The translations under genes and the position numbers were made by a program. Source: an uncultured Eubacteriales bacterium (GTDB lineage Bacteria > Bacillota > Clostridia > Oscillospirales > Acutalibacteraceae). From it: a DNA stretch of 64,000 nucleotides. The notes under the pieces were generated by a model, which searched no databases, was not told the DNA's origin, and saw only the letters and a list, made by a program, of their open reading frames with translations. The stretch lies in the NCBI GenBank assembly GCA_934725425.1, contig CAKVAX010000003.1, positions 98,418 through 162,417 on the forward strand, read 5' to 3'. Shown piece after piece: positions 41,476 to 51,410 of this stretch (positions within the stretch are counted from its first letter, which is position 1; each line of letters starts with the position of its first letter).

Positions 41476-42657
41476 TTATTTGTTTTCCTTGATTATTTTT
41501 TCCCAAAGCGGAGACATATCACGAAGTCTCTTTACTGCTTTGGAAACTTTTTCTATTACAAAATCTATTTCTTCATCTGTATTTGATTCGTCGAGTGAAA
41601 GCCTTAACGAACCGTGAGCTATTTCGTGAGGCAATCCGATAGCTAATAAAACATGGCTCGGATCAAGAGAACCTGAAGTGCATGCAGAACCGGAAGAAGC
41701 ACATATTCCTGCCATATCAAGCAATAAAAGTAAAGATTCTCCTTCAATTCCTTCAAAGCTTATATTAACGTTTCCGGGAAGTCTTTTTTCTCTGTGACCG
41801 TTAAGCCTCGAACGTTCTATTTTTAAAAGTTCGGTGATAAGTTTATCACGTTTTTTAATTAATCTTGAATTTTTTTCTTCTATTTCGCTGCACGCTGTTT
41901 CTATTGCTTTTCCGAGAGCAGCAATTTCAGCTGTATTTTCGGTACCTGCACGTTTTCCGGATTCTTGAGCTCCGCCTTCCATGAATGTTTCTATGCGTAC
42001 GCCTTTTCTTATATAAAGAGCGCCTACTCCTTTGGGACCGTGAAATTTGTGAGCGGATAAAGAAAGCATATCGATGTTTTGTTTTTTGACATCTATCGGA
42101 ACGTGACCTACTGCCTGAACTGCGTCTGTGTGGAAAAGAACGCCTTTATCTTTGCATATTTTTCCTATTTCTTCAATGGGCTCGATAGTTCCGATTTCGT
42201 TATTTGCATACATTATTGTTACAAGTGCGGTTTTTTCGGTTATAGCGTTTTCGACATCTTTTGGATTTACAAGACCTTGACTGTCTACGTCAAGATACGT
42301 GACGTCAAATCCCTTTTTCTCTAAATATTGAGCTGTGTGCAGAACGGCATGGTGTTCTATTTTAGAAGTTATGATATGATTTTTTCCTTTTTTTAATCCT
42401 TCAAATGCTGCACCTTTTATTGCCCAGTTGTCGGATTCGGTTCCACAGGAAGTAAAAAATATTTCTTTCGAAGAAGCGCCTAAAGCCTTTGCGACACGTT
42501 CTCTTGCAATTTCAAGTTCTTTTTTTGCATTTCTTCCCACGGAATAAATAGTGGAAGGATTACCAAAATTCTCTCTGAAAAACGGCAACATGGTGTCCAA
42601 AGCTTCTTGGCTTACAGCAGTTGTTGCAGCGTTGTCCATATAAATAATTTTTTTCAT
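41476..42657 (-). CDS. nifS: cysteine desulfurase NifS/IscS-type
   Basis: Class V aminotransferase with the PLP lysine in [10 protein letters not shown] and the active-site Cys in SSGSACTSG. Confidence 0.93.
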   Translation of the reverse strand: MKKIIYMDNAATTAVSQEALDTMLPFFRENFGNPSTIYSVGRNAKKELEIARERVAKALGASSKEIFFTSCGTESDNWAIKGAAFEGLKKGKNHIITSKIEHHAVLHTAQYLEKKGFDVTYLDVDSQGLVNPKDVENAITEKTALVTIMYANNEIGTIEPIEEIGKICKDKGVLFHTDAVQAVGHVPIDVKKQNIDMLSLSAHKFHGPKGVGALYIRKGVRIETFMEGGAQESGKRAGTENTAEIAALGKAIETACSEIEEKNSRLIKKRDKLITELLKIERSRLNGHREKRLPGNVNISFEGIEGESLLLLLDMAGICASSGSACTSGSLDPSHVLLAIGLPHEIAHGSLRLSLDESNTDEEIDFVIEKVSKAVKRLRDMSPLWEKIIKENK

Positions 42658-42769
42658 ATTTGTCGGGACTTATTTTTCAAAGTTGCCCGGTTTACCACCT
42701 TTCTTTTTTATTTTTAATAAACTGAAATTCATTTTGACCAATTTTTTTGAGATTATAACAGTTTAGATT

Positions 42770-44131
42770 TTAAAACGCAATTTTATTTTGAATATATTCT
42801 GTAAGACTGTCAATCGCAACCCTTTCCTGATTCATGGAATCACGGTCACGGATAGTAACACAGCCATCATTTTCACTGTCAAAATCATAAGTTATGCACA
42901 GGGGAGTACCTATTTCGTCCTGACGACGATATCTTTTTCCTATTGAACCCGATTCATCATAATCCACCATGAAATTTTTTGAAAGTTCCTCATAAACTTT
43001 TTGAGCTTTTTCTCCGAGTTTTTTTGATAGTGGTAACACACAAGCTTTAAACGGAGCCAAAGCAGGATGAAGTTTTAATACAACTCTGGTGTCTTTCTCG
43101 TTTATTACTTCTTCGGTGTAAGCATCGCAAAGAAAAGCCAATGCCACACGGTCTGCGCCGAGAGAAGGTTCAATTACGTAAGGCAAATATCTTTCTCCTG
43201 TTTCTGCATCGAAGTAGTCTAAATTTTTACCCGAATGTTCCTGATGACGTTTTAAATCGAAATCGGTTCTGTCTGCAATTCCCCAAAGTTCTCCCCAGCC
43301 AAATGGAAAAGCGTATTCTATATCTGTAGTTGCGTTGGAATAATGGCACAGTTCTTCTTTTGAATGGTCGCGAAGCCTTATATTTTCTCTGTTCATTCCA
43401 AGACTCGAAAGCCATTTTTCACAGAAATTTTTCCAATAATTAAACCATTCCAAATCGGTTCCGGGCTTGCAGAAAAATTCAAGTTCCATTTGTTCGAATT
43501 CTCTTGTTCTGAAAGTAAAATTTCCGGGAGTTATTTCATTTCTGAAAGATTTTCCGATTTGAGCTATTCCGAAAGGAATTTTTTTACGCGAAGCTCTTTG
43601 TACATTTGCGAAGTTTACAAATATACCCTGAGCAGTTTCGGGTCTTAAATAGATTTCATTTTTGCTGTCCTCGGTTACACCTTGAAGTGTTTTGAACATC
43701 AAATTAAATTTTCTAATTCCGGTAAAATTATGTCCACCACATTCCGGGCAAGCAATATTGTTTTCGGAAATGCATTTCTCCATTTCTTCAAAAGTCATGG
43801 CGTTGGGATTAATTCCAGCGTCTTCTATTAATTTATCGGCTCTGTGACGGGATTTACATTCTTTGCAATCCATAAGAGGATCGGAAAATCCACCAATATG
43901 ACCCGATGCTTCCCATACTTTTGGATTCATGAGTATTGCAGCGTCAAGCTGAACATTATATTTTGATTCCTGAACAAATTTTTTTATCCAAGCTTTTTTT
44001 ACGTTATTTTTGAATAAAACTCCCAGCGGACCGTAATCCCATGTATTTGACAAACCTCCGTAAATTTCAGAACCGGAAAAAATAAAACCTCGATTTTTAC
44101 AAAGTGCTACGATAGTATCCATATTTTTCAT
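42770..44131 (-). CDS. glyQS: glycine--tRNA ligase (homodimeric GlyQS type)
   Basis: Start moved to ATG 44131 ([37 protein letters not shown]). Class II motifs are present throughout. Confidence 0.93.
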   Translation of the reverse strand: MKNMDTIVALCKNRGFIFSGSEIYGGLSNTWDYGPLGVLFKNNVKKAWIKKFVQESKYNVQLDAAILMNPKVWEASGHIGGFSDPLMDCKECKSRHRADKLIEDAGINPNAMTFEEMEKCISENNIACPECGGHNFTGIRKFNLMFKTLQGVTEDSKNEIYLRPETAQGIFVNFANVQRASRKKIPFGIAQIGKSFRNEITPGNFTFRTREFEQMELEFFCKPGTDLEWFNYWKNFCEKWLSSLGMNRENIRLRDHSKEELCHYSNATTDIEYAFPFGWGELWGIADRTDFDLKRHQEHSGKNLDYFDAETGERYLPYVIEPSLGADRVALAFLCDAYTEEVINEKDTRVVLKLHPALAPFKACVLPLSKKLGEKAQKVYEELSKNFMVDYDESGSIGKRYRRQDEIGTPLCITYDFDSENDGCVTIRDRDSMNQERVAIDSLTEYIQNKIAF

Positions 44132-44176
44132 AAATCGTATTCGCCCTTCCCACATTTAGATAAATAAAATCGAAAA

Positions 44177-44692
44177 TCAGCTGATTTTCACTGCATGCTG
44201 ATTTTCTGAACTTAGAGTTACCCCCAGAACCGAATCGAAAATAGGTTTTGATTCAGGGATAAATCTCCCATATTTAATTATAATATTTTTAAACTTACTA
44301 ATCAATTGAATTTCCTTTTTTATTTCATTTTCATAATAACCGGTGTAAATAACGAAATCGTCATTGCATCCTAATTTTCTGAAATAAGAGATGAGCTCAA
44401 ATATTTCATCGAATTGAAGAATCGGTTCAAGTCCCCCGATAACTACGGCATTGGTTATCGGGTTCGTCTTGTACCTCAAATATATATCTGAAAAAGGTAC
44501 TTTTTTATTTGGCATAGTTGAAATTTTCATATTTTGGCAAATCGAACAATCGAGTCCAAGTTCCGTCAAGCACTTAAAATCACATTTTGAAGTAGCGATA
44601 AACATAGAAGCTTTTTTATAATCCTGAAAATTTTCATCAACTATTTCTTTAACGGTCAGCGTGAATTTTGAATCATCGGAATTAATTTTCAT
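44177..44692 (-). CDS. nrdG: anaerobic ribonucleotide reductase activating protein-like (small NrdG type)
   Basis: 171 aa, overlapping the nrdD stop by 11 nt. The Cys cluster is CDFKC...CSIC. The call rests mainly on context and size. Confidence 0.65.
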   Translation of the reverse strand: MKINSDDSKFTLTVKEIVDENFQDYKKASMFIATSKCDFKCLTELGLDCSICQNMKISTMPNKKVPFSDIYLRYKTNPITNAVVIGGLEPILQFDEIFELISYFRKLGCNDDFVIYTGYYENEIKKEIQLISKFKNIIIKYGRFIPESKPIFDSVLGVTLSSENQHAVKIS

Positions 44693-46592
44693 TTAAATCA
44701 AACCATTTTCTTTGTTCAAATTCTTGTTTGCGTTCTTTGCTGTAAGCTGAGAATGGAACCAAAAATCCTACTATTCTTGAATAAGTATCCGCTACGCCTT
44801 TGCCGCATTTCGGGCACTTAGGTGAGAAGAACGCATGTTCGTCCTCGCATACGGAAATTTTGCAGTTGTACGCAAAATATATTACTCCCGATTTTGCAAT
44901 GTGATTCAAAAGTTCCCAAGCTTGCTCTTCGCTTGCAAATTTTCCTGCTAAATTTATGTGCGAAATTTGTCCTCCGCCGCATTCCTTGTCAAGTTTTGCG
45001 CCTAAATTTATTTTTTCGTTTAAAGTGCATTTTTCCATCAAAGGAATCCATTGATTCGAATAAATAAAGTATTGTTCTTTTTCGGGGTATAAAATAGAAT
45101 CTTTTTGGCTGAGTATCACGTTTGCTCTTTCTGCGGGAATAGCTTCCACGTTTATGCTGTAGTCAAAAGTATATGAATCTTTTTGAGAATTGATTGCATT
45201 TAATATTTCGGTTGCGAAATCAAGACCTTCTTTAGAATAAGATTTATTGCCGAATTCATCGGTGTTTATAAGCCCAAATTCAGAAATCGCTTCGTACATT
45301 GCTGTAATTCCGATTGTATTGTATTGCTTTTCAATTTCTATAAGACCGTAAGAATAATTCGGAAGCAATCCTCTTTCAATGTCTTGCTTAATTATATCTC
45401 GGACAACATCCAAAACTTTTACGCAGTTATCGAGTCTTTTTCTGAGTATTTCCAAGAATTTTTCTTTGCTTCCGTTTGCTTCTATTGCAATTCTTCTGAG
45501 ATTAATTGTATTAACCTGAATGCTTCCTACAGAAAGCGAAGTTCCGCCGACTGAGTTTATAAAAGCATCAAGTTTTGAAGTATTTGAAATGAGTCGGCAA
45601 CAGTTTGAAAGGCTTGTGACATCGTTTCCAACATAGAAATTACTGTCATACCACGTCATGTTATGCCTGTTGCACCATCTTGCAAATTCTTCGTCTACAA
45701 ATTTGCCGTTTTGGAACAGCAAAGAATATGTAAGAACGGGGAAAGTCATCATTGTTTCTTTTCGTATTTCCGAAACGACTTCCATAAATACTTTCTGATG
45801 TTGGATAATTCCTTCGATATGGTCGATTACATAATCTCCGTTGGGGAATTGACGTCCACCGAAAAGTTCCACAAGGTAATTTCTGTCCATTACGCTTATG
45901 TTTGAAAAAGCACATTCGGTAACACGGAGATAAGGTTGATTCAAATCGTATATAAATTTTTGGAAACATTGTTTGCGATAATATTCAGGGTCTTTGAGGC
46001 AGAAATTATTTTTAACATCGTTGTACCAAAAATAATAAGAATACAAAAGATAGCTTGGGAGTCCCACTGCTCCGCTGCTGCGATTTGAAGCCCAGCTTAT
46101 GAATTCCAAAACATGGTCGTTAAAAGTTGTTAGATGTTTCGGAGCTCCGGTTTTGAATTTGTTGATGAAAAAAAGTCCTTTTTCAACGAGTTTATCAAGG
46201 TCATAAGCATAGCAATAGGGAGTGAAAGATGAAGTTGCGGAATTATGAAGATAAAATTCACCGCTCCATTCTCCTTCAAGCCAAGTTTCAGCTGTTTCGT
46301 TACCATATTTCTTTGTTATTTCTTTAAAAATTTTGTTGTACGAAAGAAGTTTGGTATGTGGTTTAACCATGTCTGCCAAAAGCGTTCTTACGTCCCTTGT
46401 AGTGCTGTTGGCGTTGGCATCAATTGTAGTTTCGGCAACGGTTTTTGACTTTATGAAATTATCTATAAAATCGGTAAAATTGAGATTTGAGTTCGAAAAT
46501 CCGTTCATCATTTCAAAACGCGAATCATATTTCTTTTTTAATTTTGAAATAAAATCAGAAAACGGTTTATAAAGATTTAGCTCAATATTCAT
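44682..46592 (-). CDS. nrdD: anaerobic ribonucleoside-triphosphate reductase (class III)
   Basis: 636 aa. A C-terminal Zn site (CEDEH...CPKCG) is followed by the glycyl-radical loop SRIVGFL. Confidence 0.9.
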   Translation of the reverse strand: MNIELNLYKPFSDFISKLKKKYDSRFEMMNGFSNSNLNFTDFIDNFIKSKTVAETTIDANANSTTRDVRTLLADMVKPHTKLLSYNKIFKEITKKYGNETAETWLEGEWSGEFYLHNSATSSFTPYCYAYDLDKLVEKGLFFINKFKTGAPKHLTTFNDHVLEFISWASNRSSGAVGLPSYLLYSYYFWYNDVKNNFCLKDPEYYRKQCFQKFIYDLNQPYLRVTECAFSNISVMDRNYLVELFGGRQFPNGDYVIDHIEGIIQHQKVFMEVVSEIRKETMMTFPVLTYSLLFQNGKFVDEEFARWCNRHNMTWYDSNFYVGNDVTSLSNCCRLISNTSKLDAFINSVGGTSLSVGSIQVNTINLRRIAIEANGSKEKFLEILRKRLDNCVKVLDVVRDIIKQDIERGLLPNYSYGLIEIEKQYNTIGITAMYEAISEFGLINTDEFGNKSYSKEGLDFATEILNAINSQKDSYTFDYSINVEAIPAERANVILSQKDSILYPEKEQYFIYSNQWIPLMEKCTLNEKINLGAKLDKECGGGQISHINLAGKFASEEQAWELLNHIAKSGVIYFAYNCKISVCEDEHAFFSPKCPKCGKGVADTYSRIVGFLVPFSAYSKERKQEFEQRKWFDLNEN

Positions 46593-46605
46593 CTAAAAAT
46601 TCCCC

Positions 46606-46812
46606 CTATTGTTGATTGTTAATCCAGTTGTTTGCTTCTACAAAAGTTAATATTTCTCCGTCTACTTCCATTATCGGAAGGGATTGAATCCCTAAGTCTT
46701 GTAATTTTGAAAAATCATCAGTTTCTGTAAATTCTATTTTTTTGTTTTCCAATTTACTTTTAAGAACTTTGCATTTTGGGCATCCGTTGCTGTACAAAAT
46801 TATACTTTTCAT
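46606..46812 (-). CDS. glutaredoxin/NrdH-like small redoxin
   Basis: 68 aa with a CPKC active site near the N-terminus. It is the first gene of the nrd operon. Confidence 0.7.
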   Translation of the reverse strand: MKSIILYSNGCPKCKVLKSKLENKKIEFTETDDFSKLQDLGIQSLPIMEVDGEILTFVEANNWINNQQ

Positions 46813-46937
46813 AAAATTATCCCTTCAATTTAAAAATTTTGATTATGCTTATAAATTTTCGCATTAATGTAAGTATTGTACGAATTTTTTTTGAAGTTGA
46901 TTATCCAAATTAACAATTATGGACTATTACTTTCTTC

Positions 46938-46953
46938 ACACCATATATAGTGT
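46938..46953 (-). promoter_or_regulatory. NrdR box (strong)
   Basis: ACACCATATATAGTGT (minus-sense ACACTATATATGGTGT), a near-perfect match to the palindromic NrdR-box consensus acaCwAtATaTwGtgt. It lies about 10 nt downstream of the -10 element. Confidence 0.75.
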
Positions 46954-46962
46954 AGCTTGTTC

Positions 46963-46991
46963 ATTATACTCCCTATCAGTAGTGATGTCAA
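46963..46991 (-). promoter_or_regulatory. consensus sigma-A promoter of the grx-nrdD-nrdG(-glyQS) operon, with a degenerate second NrdR box in the spacer
   Basis: Minus-sense TTGACA (46991-46986), 17 nt, TATAAT (46968-46963). The spacer 46969-46984 matches about 8/16 of the NrdR-box consensus. Its centre is about 31 bp from that of box 1. Confidence 0.6.
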
Positions 46992-47155
46992 TGGATAATT
47001 ATATTGAAGTTTTTTTAATTTTCAAAGAATTTTATTCCACATTTTTTCAACAAATTTATAAACATATCGTCCTCAAGCCAGCACCGGGCAGAGCTTTAAG
47101 GACGATCATTTTTAACGAAAATTAAATATTACTGTATTTATTTTAAACGCCAAAG

Positions 47156-48790
47156 TTAAATGCTCCCTTTGCTTATTACAATGGTGACCTCGCTGCCGTA
47201 TTCGAGTTTTTCTCCCGGATTATAATTTTTGTATCCTATAACTATGCCCTCGGCAAATTCTTTACTGAATTCAGAAGTTTGCACAGGAACCAGTTTTTGA
47301 GCAGTAATGAGTTGGGAAGCTTCCGAAAGACTTTTTCCTTTTATCTCCGGCAGAGTTCGTTGTTTGCTGCCTTTGCTTAAATTTACTGCTATAGCAGTAT
47401 GCCTTTCCATTTCTTCGCCGGGATTCGGATTTTGGGATATTATGCTTCCTTCTTCTATTTTGTCGCTAAAATCTTCTCCCATTACCGCAAGTTGATAGTC
47501 TTTTGCGGAATCATTCAGTGATTTATAATTTTTCCCTATTAAATTTGGAACAGGAATCATGTCTGATTTTTCTTGTGATTCTTCTTCCATTTCTTCTGCC
47601 GCTGAGTAAACTTTATCCATTTCAGAAATTTCTGTTTGCTGCGAAGAAGAATTTTTGTTATTGGAATTGTTTCTAAGCCAGAACCAATATACTACCAGAG
47701 CAGAAATAAGTATTATTAAGGCACATGCGCACGATACGATTCCCCATATTGCCGCAGAATTTTTTTTAGGTTTCTTTTGCATTGATAATGCCGGATTATT
47801 GGGTCGAGACCCACTGCTTATATCTTGAACATGTAAAATGGGGGAGTCGGAAAGTTCTATTCTTAAATTTTCAAACGAAATGGTTCGATTGTTGGGATAA
47901 ACTCGCAGGGCATTTGCAAGTGCAGATATGACATTCTCGGGTATAACATCTAAAATATCCTTTGGCATAAGGAGTTTGTCATTATTTTTCCTTTTAGGCG
48001 CTATAAGAGGATATTCCCCTGTTAAAGACCAGAAAAGTGTAGCCGAAAATCCATATACGTCCGTGACTTCTGAAGGCTCGAAATTTTCGGTATATTGTTC
48101 TATTGCCGAACAGCCGTCGTATAGCTGGCCTTCTATTTCGGAATGTAAACTTCTTAAATTTTTTGTAGCAAAGCCCGATAATTTAAGTTTTTGCTCGGAA
48201 GTTACAATTATATTTTCGGGGCAAATTCCGAGGTGATGAACTTTTGCGTTTGACATATATATGAGTGATGAAAGCAAGGGCATAAATAATGCTTGAGCTT
48301 CATGCCATTCAAGGGGCTCAGAACGTGAACTCATGTATTTATCAAGTTTGATTCCTTCTACCCATTCAAATATTACGTAAGCCGTGTTATTTTCTTCAAA
48401 AATATCATAAACCGCTGCTATTGATGAAAGATTCCTCAATCTGGCAATCGATCTGAAGTATTTTAGAAAGTCCGTAATCAGTTTTTGGAATTCCGAAGAT
48501 TTGTTGGGGAGAACAAGTATTTTTTCAAAATTTTCGCTTCGCTGACATATCCGAGAGGGGAAAAACTCTCTTATATAAACTCTTGAGTTTTCGACTTTAT
48601 CATATCCGGCGTATTCCAGTCCCTCGCCGTCCATTTTTATGGCTTTACCGATGTAGTATCTGTTTGCAAGTAAAGTTCTTTGCGGAAGAAAAGGTTCCAC
48701 TTGAGGATTAACTAAATTTTTTCCGCAGTATGGGCATGTTCCACTCAAAATATTCGATGACTTAAAACAGTTCATACATAGATTGTCCAT
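47156..48790 (-). CDS. Zn-ribbon / Ser-Thr-kinase-like pseudokinase / TM / 2x PASTA protein
   Basis: The N-terminus is CMNC...CPYCG. The kinase fold is recognisable (AVYDIFEENNTAYVIFEWVEGIKL; DVYGFSATLFWSLTGEYP). VAIK is VYIR, HRDxKPxN is HHLGICPEN, and DFG is SGF. A TM helix (IWGIVSCACALIILISALVVYWFWL) and two PASTA-like repeats follow. Confidence 0.8.
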   Translation of the reverse strand: MDNLCMNCFKSSNILSGTCPYCGKNLVNPQVEPFLPQRTLLANRYYIGKAIKMDGEGLEYAGYDKVENSRVYIREFFPSRICQRSENFEKILVLPNKSSEFQKLITDFLKYFRSIARLRNLSSIAAVYDIFEENNTAYVIFEWVEGIKLDKYMSSRSEPLEWHEAQALFMPLLSSLIYMSNAKVHHLGICPENIIVTSEQKLKLSGFATKNLRSLHSEIEGQLYDGCSAIEQYTENFEPSEVTDVYGFSATLFWSLTGEYPLIAPKRKNNDKLLMPKDILDVIPENVISALANALRVYPNNRTISFENLRIELSDSPILHVQDISSGSRPNNPALSMQKKPKKNSAAIWGIVSCACALIILISALVVYWFWLRNNSNNKNSSSQQTEISEMDKVYSAAEEMEEESQEKSDMIPVPNLIGKNYKSLNDSAKDYQLAVMGEDFSDKIEEGSIISQNPNPGEEMERHTAIAVNLSKGSKQRTLPEIKGKSLSEASQLITAQKLVPVQTSEFSKEFAEGIVIGYKNYNPGEKLEYGSEVTIVISKGSI

Positions 48791-48827
48791 GATAGGTTTA
48801 GCCTCCTGAAATTTAAAATATATAAAA

Positions 48828-49406
48828 TTATTCTAAAATATTATATAAATTATTTACAATATTTTGTATTTTATTATCGTTTTCTAAAATTTCTTTGTCA
48901 ATAGGCGGTTTGTACATATCTGTTTTACATTGTAAAAAAGAATATATTTTTTTTACATTTATAAGTAGTAAATTTGGTTTAATCTGAGAGAGCAAAATTT
49001 CCTCGTTTTTCTTTTCGTCCGATCCCTGAGTGAATAATAGCAATGCCTTTTTGGGAACGTAATTGTTCATCGAGGATTTTAAGAAAATTTTTTCGGAATA
49101 ATATCTTTGCATTCTGTCAATAACGGATTTCAGTGGAGAGGGAACGGAACCGTTGTAAATAGGTGAGGCTATTATCAGTATTTCGCACGACTTAAAATAC
49201 TCATCTATGTCTTCCATGTCTTTGAAAATGCAGCCGAGAACGTTTCTGCACCTTTTGCAATCTATACATGGCTTTATATTTTTTTCATAAGCATTCACAA
49301 ATTTTACTTCATCTTTAAAATTATTTCTCAGAAATCTTTTTAAAATTCGGAAAGTGAACCCGTTTTTGTGTGGCGAACCGTATAATATCAGAATTTTTTT
49401 ATTCAT
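48828..49406 (-). CDS. flavodoxin-like fold iron-sulfur flavoprotein / FMN reductase family
   Basis: Start moved to ATG 49406 (MNKKILILYGSPHKNG), overlapping the rodA stop (ATGAATAA). A compact Cys cluster CIDCKRCRNVLGC is present. Confidence 0.7.
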   Translation of the reverse strand: MNKKILILYGSPHKNGFTFRILKRFLRNNFKDEVKFVNAYEKNIKPCIDCKRCRNVLGCIFKDMEDIDEYFKSCEILIIASPIYNGSVPSPLKSVIDRMQRYYSEKIFLKSSMNNYVPKKALLLFTQGSDEKKNEEILLSQIKPNLLLINVKKIYSFLQCKTDMYKPPIDKEILENDNKIQNIVNNLYNILE

Positions 49407-50541
49407 TAGCAAAGTTTCCAAGAGTTTGATTTCTGCTTAGATATATATTCTGAAGTATCCCTATTCCCAGATATAAACACGCCGCAGAGGAACCTCCCAC
49501 ACTGAAAAACGGCAAAGTCACGCCCATTACAGGTAATAAGCTGAGGCACATTCCAAGATTAAAAACAGTTTGAGACAGTATCAGTCCTATAAATCCAAAG
49601 CAAATAAAAGAGCCTATAGTATCATTGCATTTTCTTGCAATAAATCCAATTCTGAAAATTAATATTAGTAGAAGTAATATGATTAAGGTGCATCCAATAA
49701 ATCCAAGTTCTTCTCCTGCGACTGAAAATATAAAATCGCTTTCTTGAATAGGCACCACATTATTTGCGACTCTCGGACCTTTAAAAAGCCCTGTTCCAAA
49801 AAGTCCTCCGGAACCTATAGACAGTTTTCCTTGAATTTGTTGATATCCCATATTTAAAGGATCGCCCTCAGGGTTCATCTGAGTGATAATTCTTTTTTTC
49901 TGATAATCCGCCAACACAAAATTCCAAGCGATTGGAATAAAAATAGCCCCTAAGACTATCAAAGCGCCGAAATATCTAAGCGGAAGTCCTGCCATAAATG
50001 ACATTGTTATAGCTATGCACAAAAATATAATAGCCGCACCGTCATCGCCCTGCATGTGAGTTAAAACAACAGGTATCAACGCATGAGCACCCAACAAACA
50101 AATATTTTTTATGTCTTTAAAATTATCAGTATTCTTTACTATTGACAGATGTTTTGCAAAAGTTATTATAAATCCTATTTTCACAAGCTCGGAAGGCTGA
50201 AAAGTTATTCCTCCCGGGAGTTTTATCCATGCTCTTGCGTTTACTCCCGAAGAACCTTCTACCGTTACTCCCATAAATAATGTATAAATTATAAAAAGTA
50301 TGCAAAATACTCCAATCCATATATAGTATTTTGAAATTACTTTGTAGTTAATGGTTTGAAGCAGCAAAGCTCCGACCATACCAAGCATAACAGAAATAAA
50401 CTGAATTGTTAAATAATTAAACCCTTCCCTCGAAACACTTGCAACCAAAAGCATGCTGTAGAGCGCAATTACGAGTATTATTGACCAGAGTATTTTATCG
50501 CTGTATTTAACGCAATTTTGTATTGATTTAATAAAGTTCAT
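49399..50541 (-). CDS. SEDS-family peptidoglycan polymerase (FtsW/RodA/SpoVE)
   Basis: 380 aa with about 10 TM helices. Motifs FQPSELVK and the SEDS loop IQESDFIFSVAGEELGFIG are present. Confidence 0.9.
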   Translation of the reverse strand: MNFIKSIQNCVKYSDKILWSIILVIALYSMLLVASVSREGFNYLTIQFISVMLGMVGALLLQTINYKVISKYYIWIGVFCILFIIYTLFMGVTVEGSSGVNARAWIKLPGGITFQPSELVKIGFIITFAKHLSIVKNTDNFKDIKNICLLGAHALIPVVLTHMQGDDGAAIIFLCIAITMSFMAGLPLRYFGALIVLGAIFIPIAWNFVLADYQKKRIITQMNPEGDPLNMGYQQIQGKLSIGSGGLFGTGLFKGPRVANNVVPIQESDFIFSVAGEELGFIGCTLIILLLLILIFRIGFIARKCNDTIGSFICFGFIGLILSQTVFNLGMCLSLLPVMGVTLPFFSVGGSSAACLYLGIGILQNIYLSRNQTLGNFANE

Positions 50542-50564
50542 TCTAATACCTGCTTTGTTAATTT

Positions 50565-51410
50565 TTAGTCTAGATTATAAGAGCGATTTATAAAAAATGT
50601 CACGAAAAATATCAAAGAAGATATGAGCACTATAGTGGCTCCGGCAGACGTACCTATATAGTATGAGATTATCAATCCGGATATACCCGCAAATAACGAA
50701 AATATTACAGAGGTTATATGATATGTTTTCATATTTTTTGTAACGTTTCTTGCCGATGCCGCGGGCAAAACGAGCAGTGAATTTATTATAAGCATTCCTA
50801 CCCATTTCAAAGAAACCGTAACAATTAAAGCTATCAGTATCACAAAAGTGTTTTTATAAAATTTTACGTTTATTTGTTTGCTGCGCGCCATATCGGAATT
50901 AAGGCTTGCAATCATTAATTTGTTGAAAGAAACTATCCATACCGCCAAAACTATAACCAGAATTATCGCCAAAGCTTGTATTTCTTTTTTGCTTATGGAT
51001 AAAATATCTCCGATTAAATATCCCGAGTACTTTGAAAATCCTCCTTTAGCGGATAATATTACTATTCCCAGTGCTATTCCTGCCGAAGAAAATACTCCGA
51101 TGATAGTGTCGGATGAAGATATTTTTGACTCGATTATACTTGATATTCCAAGTGCGAATAAAATAGAAAATCCTATCATTGATATGATGTAATTATCCAC
51201 TCCGAGCATTATCCCAAGTGCAATGCCCGTTAATGCGCAATGCCCCATGGCATCGGAAAAGAAAGACATTTTGTTGTTTACTATCATCGTTCCTACCAAA
51301 CCAAATAGGGGAGCGATAAGTAAAATAGCAATAAAAGCATTTTTCATGAATGTGAATTCCACCCAAGAAAAAGGAAACAAATTTTCCAGCAAAGCGTACA
51401 TTATTTCCAT
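50565..51410 (-). CDS. metal (Zn/Mn) ABC transporter permease, ABC-3 family
   Basis: About 8 TM helices in the ZnuB/TroD-like pattern. It overlaps the ATPase gene by 10 nt. Confidence 0.85.
   Translation of the reverse strand: MEIMYALLENLFPFSWVEFTFMKNAFIAILLIAPLFGLVGTMIVNNKMSFFSDAMGHCALTGIALGIMLGVDNYIISMIGFSILFALGISSIIESKISSSDTIIGVFSSAGIALGIVILSAKGGFSKYSGYLIGDILSISKKEIQALAIILVIVLAVWIVSFNKLMIASLNSDMARSKQINVKFYKNTFVILIALIVTVSLKWVGMLIINSLLVLPAASARNVTKNMKTYHITSVIFSLFAGISGLIISYYIGTSAGATIVLISSLIFFVTFFINRSYNLD

Noticed and set aside
41005-41586. 193-aa plus-strand ORF opposite nifU and the 3' end of nifS.
   Set aside because: It is antisense to highly conserved genes. The predicted protein is Phe/Ser/Cys-rich nonsense with no family resemblance.
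46919-47125. 68-aa plus-strand ORF in the nrd upstream region.
   Set aside because: It overlaps the minus-strand nrd promoter and NrdR boxes and contains the 47066-47106 hairpin. It has no SD and looks like chance.
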